NCBI RefSeq assembly: GCF_003334815.1
Contig: NZ_QOWO01000074.1
Direction: 5' to 3' (one strand)
Length of the DNA: 5,190 nt
Source of the DNA: Escherichia coli
GTDB taxonomy: Bacteria > Pseudomonadota > Gammaproteobacteria > Enterobacterales > Enterobacteriaceae
A program made the translations under genes and the position numbers. Shown here piece after piece: positions 1 through 5,190 of this stretch (position 1 is its first letter; every line of letters starts with the position of its first letter). The notes beneath the pieces were generated by a model, which worked only from the letters and a program-made list of their open reading frames with translations, was not told the origin of the DNA and did no database searches.

Positions 1-1196
1 TCAGGGGCGGTTCCTCGCCCCGCAAACCACACTTTCCCTTTTCCCGACTGGTTCAGTTCATCGAGTGTTTTCATTAACTTTTCACTGTTTTTACGGGGCT
101 GGATTTCATCAAATAATCCCGGCTGCGCTATACCCGATGGTGTGAAATCAGCCAGCATGACTCCTGCCTTCATATAGCGGTACCCTTCACGCCAGACATG
201 GTTTAAGGCTCTGCATGCGGCGGCAATAATGTCCCGGCTGTCCTGTGTGGGCAATGGAAGCTTTTCCACAGCGGCATTGCTGTAACAGGGTTCTTTTACT
301 GCAAAGGGGGATGTCCGTACAAATGTCGTCACCTGCCGGCAATACTGACGCTCCCCACGTAGTTTCTCTGCGGCCCGCTCTGCATACTGAACAACAGCCT
401 GGTGCATGGCATCTTTGTCTGTGATTCGTTCACCAAAACTGCGACTACAGACAATCTGCTGTTTTGCCGGTGGTGCTTCTTCCAGGGATATGCAGGACTC
501 GCCGTTGAGTTCGCGTACCGTACGCTCAAGAATGACGCTGAAGTTTTTCCGGATGAATGCCGTGTTAGCCTGCGCCAGCTGCAGTGCTGTGTTAATACCC
601 AGCGCATTCAGCTTTTCCGTCAGTCTGCGTCCTACTCCCCAGACCTCACCAACTGGCTGCAGCCCCAGTAGCTTCAAGGTCCGATTACGGTTTTCTGCCG
701 TCAGCGCGACCACTCCGGAAAACTGTGGCCATTGCTTTGTTGCCCACTGTGCACTTTTAGCCAGCGTTTTTGTAGGCGCAATGCCCACCCCCATGGTGAG
801 TCCTGTCCAGCTCTTTACCTGTTCCCTGAGCTGATGACCAAAAACCTCCGGAGAGATGCAATGATTTATCCCCCGCAAATCAATGAACATTTCATCAATT
901 GAGTAGGGCTCAACTGCGGGAGAAAGCGACTCCAGAACAGCCATGACCCGTTGGCTCATGCTGTGGTACAGCGCATAATTGCTGGAAAATACATGTATTT
1001 TCTTCTCCAGGCGCATCTGTCTCACCTGAAACCAGGGCTGCCCCATTCTGATGCCAAGGGCTTTTGCCTCCGGGCTGCGCGCGATCACACAGCCATCGTT
1101 ATTGCTGAGTACGATGACCGGTTCGTTGCGAAGGTCCGGGCGGAAAACTTTTTCACATGAGGCGTAGAAACTGTTGATATCAGCCAGTGCAAACAT
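1..1196 (-). CDS. impB: Y-family translesion DNA polymerase subunit, UmuC/MucB/ImpB family (partial; C-terminus beyond the window start)
   Basis: Minus-strand frame is open from ATG at 1196..1194 to the window edge (398 codons, no stop; not in the ORF track because it runs off the edge). By-eye translation begins MFALADINSFYASCEKVFRPDLRNEPVIVLSNNDGCVIARSPEAKALG, matching the conserved UmuC N-terminus, and ends within the window as ...VWFAGRGTAP. Start codon overlaps the upstream gene's stop (ATGA). About 20-25 C-terminal residues are expected beyond position 1 by family length. Confidence 0.9.
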   Translation of the reverse strand, partial: MFALADINSFYASCEKVFRPDLRNEPVIVLSNNDGCVIARSPEAKALGIRMGQPWFQVRQMRLEKKIHVFSSNYALYHSMSQRVMAVLESLSPAVEPYSIDEMFIDLRGINHCISPEVFGHQLREQVKSWTGLTMGVGIAPTKTLAKSAQWATKQWPQFSGVVALTAENRNRTLKLLGLQPVGEVWGVGRRLTEKLNALGINTALQLAQANTAFIRKNFSVILERTVRELNGESCISLEEAPPAKQQIVCSRSFGERITDKDAMHQAVVQYAERAAEKLRGERQYCRQVTTFVRTSPFAVKEPCYSNAAVEKLPLPTQDSRDIIAAACRALNHVWREGYRYMKAGVMLADFTPSGIAQPGLFDEIQPRKNSEKLMKTLDELNQSGKGKVWFAGRGTAP

Positions 1197-1633
1197 CAGC
1201 GTAACTCCCGCGTCCTGTGTATCACGTGAGTGACAACACCAAAAATACAGATGTTTTCCGGATACAGTGTGCGGAATTCCGGGCTGTCTGAAACCGGCTC
1301 CAGTGCCGGGCGTGGGCGCAACAGCAGTCGTTTGACGGTGAACTCACCGTCGATCTCAGCGATAACGATGTCCCCGTGTTGTGGTTTCTCGGCCCTGTCC
1401 ACTACCAGCAGATCACCATTCTGCACGCCAGCTTGGTTCATCGATTCACCGCTGGCGCGCAGAAAGAAGGTGGCTGCAGGTCTGCTGATGCAATAGCTGT
1501 TCAGATCCAGTTCCTGCTCAGCATAATCAGTGGCAGGCGAAGGAAAACCGGCCTGGCAACGATCGGCAAACAACGGTCGCACGTAACTGTCATCGCCTGA
1601 AGGGTCAGCCGGACGGTGATAAACGGTACTCAT
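1196..1633 (-). CDS. impA: UmuD/MucA/ImpA-like SOS mutagenesis protein (LexA-like S24 self-cleaving peptidase), 145 aa
   Basis: ORF-track protein MSTVYHRPADPSGDDSYVRPLFADRCQAGFPSPATDYAEQ... contains the UmuD-family hallmarks: an Ala-Gly cleavage region (CQAGFPSPA), the catalytic Ser motif (ASGESM) and Lys motif (FTVKRL). Length is typical. Stop overlaps the downstream polymerase start; start overlaps the upstream impC stop. Confidence 0.9.
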   Translation of the reverse strand: MSTVYHRPADPSGDDSYVRPLFADRCQAGFPSPATDYAEQELDLNSYCISRPAATFFLRASGESMNQAGVQNGDLLVVDRAEKPQHGDIVIAEIDGEFTVKRLLLRPRPALEPVSDSPEFRTLYPENICIFGVVTHVIHRTRELR

Positions 1634-1878
1634 GCTGCAGGCAGCCAGCTGTCGTCCTGCCAGATTTCTTCCAGCAGAGACAGGATACGTTCTTTATCCT
1701 TGTCGTTGCGGGCTCCTGTGACAGATACAGACGGGGCGCTGCCCTGGTCTATACGCAGCCAGATTTCCGGGTAGTGTGGTTTCAGACGTTGTTCGATTTC
1801 ATTCTGTAGCGCCTGAAGTGTGCCTGATTTGAGGTTTTTTGTGCTCTGGCGGTCGAAAAGAATTTCAATGCGGATCAT
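1630..1878 (-). CDS. impC: DinI-like small SOS regulator (ImpC-like), 82 aa from the internal ATG
   Basis: From ATG at 1878..1876 the product MIRIEILFDRQS...VSVTGARNDKDKERILSLLEEIWQDDSWLPAA aligns to the DinI family (RIE start, VSV core, acidic/Trp C-terminal). A Shine-Dalgarno GGGAGA lies about 7 nt upstream. The ORF track extends to an ATG at 1938 (102 aa), but that would place the LexA box inside the coding region, so I prefer the 1878 start. The three-gene order small DinI-like / UmuD-like / UmuC-like is the basis for the imp symbols. Confidence 0.75.
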   Translation of the reverse strand: MIRIEILFDRQSTKNLKSGTLQALQNEIEQRLKPHYPEIWLRIDQGSAPSVSVTGARNDKDKERILSLLEEIWQDDSWLPAA

Positions 1879-1899
1879 GTTCTCATCTCCCTTTTCTAT

Positions 1900-1919
1900 T
1901 GCTGTATGCATATACAGTA
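1900..1919 (-). promoter_or_regulatory. LexA operator (SOS box) for the impCAB-like operon
   Basis: tgCTGTatgcatatACAGta: perfect CTGT-N8-ACAG palindrome (CTGT 1902..1905, ACAG 1914..1917) with AT-rich spacer and TA flanks, 22 bp upstream of the impC start and abutting the candidate -10. Confidence 0.8.
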
Positions 1920-1948
1920 TTCTAATAACTGAATCCACACACAGTCAA
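1919..1948 (-). promoter_or_regulatory. Candidate sigma70 promoter for impCAB (-35 TTGACT, -10 TAGAAT, 18-nt spacer)
   Basis: Minus-strand TTGACT at 1948..1943 and TAGAAT at 1924..1919. The -10 abuts the LexA box, the usual layout for SOS-repressed promoters. Hexamers read by eye; start site unknown. Confidence 0.4.
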
Positions 1949-1992
1949 ATGTCATTATTGTGACTAAAAAACGCTCAATTCTCTGGGAGTGT

Positions 1993-2022
1993 GGCTGTAT
2001 GCCTGCTGTGGACTGCTGTGTC
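1993..2022. repeat. Short tandem direct repeat, 10-bp period (CTGCTGTG core, two clear copies plus one degenerate)
   Basis: ctgctgtg at 2003..2010 and 2013..2020 exactly 10 bp apart, preceded by the related ctgtatgc at 1995..2002. Lies in the divergent intergenic region upstream of the impC -35. Confidence 0.3.
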
Positions 2023-2081
2023 CAGCTTATCCACAGCATTTTGCGCACGGTTCTGTGAATAAAATACCTGGTTACCCAGGC

Positions 2082-2093
2082 CGTGCCGGCACG
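2082..2093. promoter_or_regulatory. Perfect 12-bp palindrome CGTGCCGGCACG (candidate operator or structure)
   Basis: Self-complementary 12-mer in the GC-rich leader upstream of the intron-interrupted gene. No known factor assigned. Confidence 0.25.
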
Positions 2094-2189
2094 TTAACCG
2101 GGCTGCATCCGATGCAAGTGTGTCGCTGTCGCCGGCCTCCTCACCCGGTCACGTTTCGTCGTTCCTCCTCCACGCGCTGCGGCTTCGGG

Positions 2190-2233
2190 GCCGCACCTGC
2201 ATTCGTATGCGGTCGCCCGGTTACAGGTGCGGC
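2190..2233 (+). repeat. Inverted repeat / stem-loop, 10-bp perfect stem (GCCGCACCTG ... CAGGTGCGGC) with 24-nt loop
   Basis: 2190..2199 is the exact reverse complement of 2224..2233. A second small hairpin (ggcct/aggcc, 2236..2250) follows. Both sit in the 5' leader about 40-80 nt upstream of the ATG at 2272; no T-run follows, so not a typical intrinsic terminator. Confidence 0.35.
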
Positions 2234-2271
2234 ACGGCCTGATGGAGGCCGCATGTGAGAGGAGAATTCCC

Positions 2272-2292
2272 ATGCCAAACTGGTGCTCGAAT
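2272..2292 (+). CDS. Host gene exon 1 (7 codons, MPNWCSN) of an intron-interrupted hypothetical protein
   Basis: Strong Shine-Dalgarno GAGAGGAG (2257..2264) 7 nt before ATG at 2272. The 7 codons end exactly at the inferred intron 5' junction and join in frame to the long open frame beginning at 4699. Depends on the inferred intron boundaries. Confidence 0.4.
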
Positions 2293-2900
2293 GTGCGACA
2301 TGAAGTCGTCTGAATAATTGTTCCAGCGGAGTTCGATTCCGTCAGGGAACCTGATGTTCCGTCATCAGTAGCCTACTGACACATGCGTCACTGGTAACGG
2401 TGGGGTGTGAAGCTGTCAGGACAATGAAACCGGATCTTCGGATCGCATGAAACCGTGAGGTTACATGTAATCTGCCAGCATCAGGCGGAGGAGGTCTAGG
2501 CTCGGTAGCATGACTAACATATGTGAACTGCTGAAGCGTCGTTAACCAGAACAAGCCAAAGATGCTGACAGGCTTGAACCAAAAGGTATGTGGTTGGTTA
2601 CTCCTCTGTTTGCTAGGGGTACACGGACAATAAACCACCGGTGTTGTGAGCAGAGTCTAACCTACTGTTGTTATTCAGGTGGAACATGGTAAGCCCGTAT
2701 CGCTGCCTCGTGAGGCAGGTTAACCGCAAGGGATACTGTTGGCGGTGCGGGTAAAAGAAGGTGGAAAAAGCGAATGCCAGTCTGTAATGGACCGGATAAG
2801 GGTTGAGCCCGGCAACATTACCCTACGCGAAAGCGGGCAGACTTCCACTGGGTCTTTCATTACGAGAGAGTTTGAGTAATCTTCCAGAAAGGAAAAGCAG

Positions 2901-4625
2901 ATGACTGAGCAGGCTACAACCTGTAAAGGTGCGTCCTTACTTAACGGTGACTCCTGGCACAGTATCAACTGGCGTCAGTGCTATCGGGAAGTGCGGAGAC
3001 TGCAAGCGCGTATCGTAAAGGCAACACGAGAAGGTAAACATGGCAAGGTCAAATCCTTGCAATGGATACTGACTCACTCGTTTAGTGGCAGAGCAGTTGC
3101 TGTCAGACGAGTTACAGAGAATAGCGGGAAACGTACTCCTGGGGTTGATGGTCAGACATGGTCTTCCCCGGAGGTTAAATTTCTTGCTATTAACCTGCTG
3201 AAACGGCGTGGTTACAAACCACAGCCACTTAAGCGGGTTTATATACCTAAGTCAAATGGGAAGTCTCGTCCCCTTGGGATACCCACTATGAAGGATCGGG
3301 CGATGCAGGCGTTGTATTTGCTGGCTCTTGAGCCCGTTGCTGAAGTCACTGCTGACCAGAGATCCTTCGGCTTTCGGACTGGAAGGTCTACTGCAGATGC
3401 GATAGCACAGTGCTTCTGTGTTCTTGCGCAGAAAACATCCGCTGAATGGGTGCTTGAGGGGGATATACGGGGATGCTTTGACAATATATCTCATCAATGG
3501 CTAATCGATAACACCTCAACAGACAGACAAATCCTGACAAAGTGGCTTAAAGCGGGTTACAGGGAAAATGGGCAGTTATTCCCTGTAAATTCAGGAACTC
3601 CTCAGGGGGGAATAATTTCTCCTGTACTGGCTAACATTGCTCTGGATGGACTGGAGGCGCTTCTTGCGTCGGAGTTTAAAAAGAGAACAGTCAAGGGACG
3701 ATTGGTTAACCCGAAAGTTAACTATGTGAGATATGCTGATGATTTTATTATCACTGGAGAGTCAAAAGAACTTCTTGAGTCTCAGGTATTACCCGTCGTC
3801 AGGCGGTTTATGGCTGAAAGAGGATTAATGCTTTCTCCTGAAAAGACGAAAATCACACATATCGAGGAAGGATTTGATTTTCTTGGACAGAACATTCGCA
3901 AATATGGCGGTAAGATGCTGATCAAACCCTCTAAAGCCAATGTCAGTTCCTTTTTAAAGAAAATACGCGCTGTAATCAAAGGCAACAAAGCTATGGATCA
4001 GCTTACGTTGATCCGCATGCTGAACCCAATGATCAAAGGGTGGGCGGCTTACCATCAACACATTGTGGCCAAGGTCGCATTTAACAAAGTTGACAATGAG
4101 ATCTGGCTGGCTTTATGGCGTTGGGCCGTTCGGCGTCATCCCAATAAGGGAAAGAAGTGGATTCGGAAAAGATATTTCCATCAACAAGGTGCCCGAAACT
4201 GGTCTTTCTCCGTGGCTACCGGAGAACTCCTTGCCAACGGTAAGCCTCAGTATGCAAATCTGAGGAAAGCAATCGATACGCCTATCAACCGGTTTAAACC
4301 GATTAAAATCGCAGCTAATCCGTTCGATCCTCAATGGGAGATGTACTTTGAGGAGCGTTGTGCAGACAAAATGCGGCACAAACTGCAAGGACGGAAAAAG
4401 CTCATTCAAATCTGGTTTGAGCAGCGGGGCCGATGCCCCATATGTGATGAGAGGATTACATCTGATTCCCAGTGGCAGGTTCATCACATCATACGGCGAG
4501 TCGATGGAGGGAGCGACTGCCTCTCCAATTTGATTATGCTGCATCCGATGTGTCACACACTTGTTCATGCGAAAGGTATACATGTAGTGAAACCGGCTCA
4601 TGAGAGTGGGCTTAGAAAGGCTTGA
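2901..4625 (+). CDS. Group II intron-encoded protein: reverse transcriptase / maturase / HNH endonuclease, 574 aa
   Basis: ORF-track protein has RT motifs (RVYIPKSNGKSRPLGIPTMKDR, GCFDNISH, SGTPQGGIISPVLANIAL, VRYADDFII), a maturase X region (MIKGWAAYHQH) and a C-terminal HNH/Cys module (CPICDERI...HHIIRRVDGG...CHTLVH). SD AAGGA 7 nt upstream. Stop overlaps the first bases of domain V. Confidence 0.95.
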   Translation: MTEQATTCKGASLLNGDSWHSINWRQCYREVRRLQARIVKATREGKHGKVKSLQWILTHSFSGRAVAVRRVTENSGKRTPGVDGQTWSSPEVKFLAINLLKRRGYKPQPLKRVYIPKSNGKSRPLGIPTMKDRAMQALYLLALEPVAEVTADQRSFGFRTGRSTADAIAQCFCVLAQKTSAEWVLEGDIRGCFDNISHQWLIDNTSTDRQILTKWLKAGYRENGQLFPVNSGTPQGGIISPVLANIALDGLEALLASEFKKRTVKGRLVNPKVNYVRYADDFIITGESKELLESQVLPVVRRFMAERGLMLSPEKTKITHIEEGFDFLGQNIRKYGGKMLIKPSKANVSSFLKKIRAVIKGNKAMDQLTLIRMLNPMIKGWAAYHQHIVAKVAFNKVDNEIWLALWRWAVRRHPNKGKKWIRKRYFHQQGARNWSFSVATGELLANGKPQYANLRKAIDTPINRFKPIKIAANPFDPQWEMYFEERCADKMRHKLQGRKKLIQIWFEQRGRCPICDERITSDSQWQVHHIIRRVDGGSDCLSNLIMLHPMCHTLVHAKGIHVVKPAHESGLRKA

Positions 4626-4698
4626 GCCGTATGCCGGGAAACTGGCACGTACGGTTCTTAGGGGGCGGTGATGCAGTAATGCATCACTGCTACCCGAT
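4624..4698 (+). ncRNA. Group II intron catalytic domain V and domain VI (branch-point helix) up to the 3' splice site
   Basis: DV: GAGCCGUAUGCCGG-GAAA-CUGGCACGUACGGUUC (4624..4657). DVI: 15-bp helix 4661..4675 / 4680..4695 with GUAA loop and a single unpaired A at 4692, six nt before the ...GAU 3' end. Confidence 0.8.
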
Positions 4699-5190
4699 CG
4701 TATGTATTTTTCTGGTGAACCAGCACAGATCGCTGAGATTAAACGACTGGCCAGCGGTGCAGTCACACCGCTTTATCGCCGCGCCACAAATGAAGGTATT
4801 CAGCTGTTTCTGGCCGGAAGTGCCGGACTTCTGCAGATCACTGAAAATATCCGCTCTGAGCAGTGCCCCGGAGTGACGGCTGCCGGACGTGGTGCTGTAT
4901 CACCGGAAAATATCGCGTTCACCCGCTGGCTGACACACCTGCAGAACGGTGTACTGCTGGATGAGCAAAACTGCCTGATGCTGCATGAACTCTGGCTGCA
5001 GAGCGGTACTGGACAGCGTCGCTGGGAAGAGTTACCGGATGATGTCAGGGAAACTATCACTGTGCATTTCACCGCAAAAAGAGGTGACTGGTGTGACATC
5101 TGGGGTAACGAGGATGTATCGGTGTGGTGGAACCGTCTGTGTGACAACGTACTGCCGGAAAAAACCATGCCGTTTGACCTGCTGACGGTT
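4699..5190 (+). CDS. Host gene exon 2: hypothetical protein of unknown function (partial; continues beyond the window end)
   Basis: Frame beginning at 4699 (CGT ATG TAT ...) is open for 164 codons to the window edge: R-MYFSGEPAQIAEIKRLASGAVTPLYRRATNEGIQLFLAGSAGLL...WWNRLCDNVLPEKTMPFDLLTV. Not in the ORF track because it has no stop in the window. Composition is protein-like. I recognise no family from memory. Confidence 0.55.

Larger units (their letters stand above)
2293..4698 (+). mobile_element. Group II intron (retroelement), complete, about 2406 nt, with an RT/maturase/endonuclease ORF in domain IV
   Basis: 5' end GUGCG at 2293..2297. About 600 nt of non-coding ribozyme sequence (domains I-III) precedes the ORF. 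Canonical domain V at 4624..4657 (AGC triad, GAAA tetraloop). Domain VI hairpin 4661..4695 with bulged A at 4692, and the intron ends ...GAU at 4698. Boundaries inferred by eye; may be off by 1-2 nt. Confidence 0.85.

Noticed and set aside
329-1600. Track ORFs inside the impB/impA region (329..607 -, 402..671 +, 406..834 +, 951..1160 +, 1230..1496 +, 1376..1600 +)
   Set aside because: They are antisense or out of frame relative to two strongly supported genes that occupy this span; compositions are not protein-like.
1995-2036. Additional LexA boxes suggested by repeated CTGT half-sites and a downstream ACAG
   Set aside because: The spacing between CTGT and ACAG is 12 nt or more rather than the required 8, so these do not form a LexA operator.
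2041-2065. Sigma70 promoter for the plus-strand gene (TTGCGC ... TAAAAT)
   Set aside because: The spacer between these hexamers is only about 13 nt and no alternative -35 fits, so I did not call it as a feature.
2228-2232. Second GUGCG (within the 2224..2233 inverted-repeat arm) as an alternative intron 5' end
   Set aside because: It would place the strong SD and ATG at 2272 inside the intron and loses the in-frame exon join. The 2293 GUGCG gives a typical distance of about 600 nt to the intron ORF. Not excluded without structural modelling.
1989-2258. 89-aa plus-strand ORF from the track (MWLYACCGLLCPAYP...)
   Set aside because: Lies in the GC-rich intergenic leader, has Cys/Arg/Pro/Gly-rich low-complexity composition and no RBS. 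More likely a GC-content artefact than a gene.
2190-2292. Class C-style intron insertion just downstream of a terminator-like stem-loop
   Set aside because: The stem-loop lies about 60 nt upstream of the insertion point with no T-run, and the intron has an HNH endonuclease domain and a full-length domain V, unlike typical class C introns.
2342-4766. Track ORFs within the intron (2342..2638 -, 2720..2968 -, 3239..3484 -, 3252..3497 -, 3782..3988 -, 4063..4263 +, 4348..4533 +, 4113..4766 -)
   Set aside because: They overlap the intron ribozyme domains or run antisense or out of frame to the well-supported 574-aa intron-encoded protein.
4622-5185. Track ORFs 4622..4876 +, 4800..5168 - and 4985..5185 + near the 3' exon
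   Set aside because: 4622..4876 starts inside domain V and is in a different frame from the long open exon-2 frame; the others are antisense or out of frame. The 164-codon frame from 4699 to the window end is the better coding candidate.
1-5190. CRISPR arrays, tRNA/rRNA genes, IS terminal inverted repeats
   Set aside because: No repeat-spacer periodicity, tRNA-like cloverleaf, or transposase ORF with flanking inverted repeats was seen in the window.

Overview
This window looks like plasmid-type accessory DNA with two divergently arranged modules around a roughly 390-bp control region. On the minus strand (1..1878) is an SOS mutagenesis operon of the impCAB type: a small DinI-like gene, a UmuD-like S24 peptidase gene and a UmuC-like Y-family polymerase gene (3' end cut by the window edge), behind a near-consensus LexA box that abuts a sigma70-like promoter. 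On the plus strand, a complete group II intron (about 2293..4698) carries an intact 574-aa reverse transcriptase/maturase/HNH endonuclease ORF and a canonical domain V and VI. The intron appears to sit 21 nt into a host ORF: a strong ribosome-binding site and ATG at 2272 give 7 codons that join in frame to a 163-codon open frame running off the right edge. I could not assign a function to that host protein, so it is the main unknown here. The leader between the two modules is GC-rich and carries palindromes and short tandem repeats of unknown role. No tRNA, rRNA or CRISPR array was seen. All calls are from reading the sequence by eye; no database search was run.
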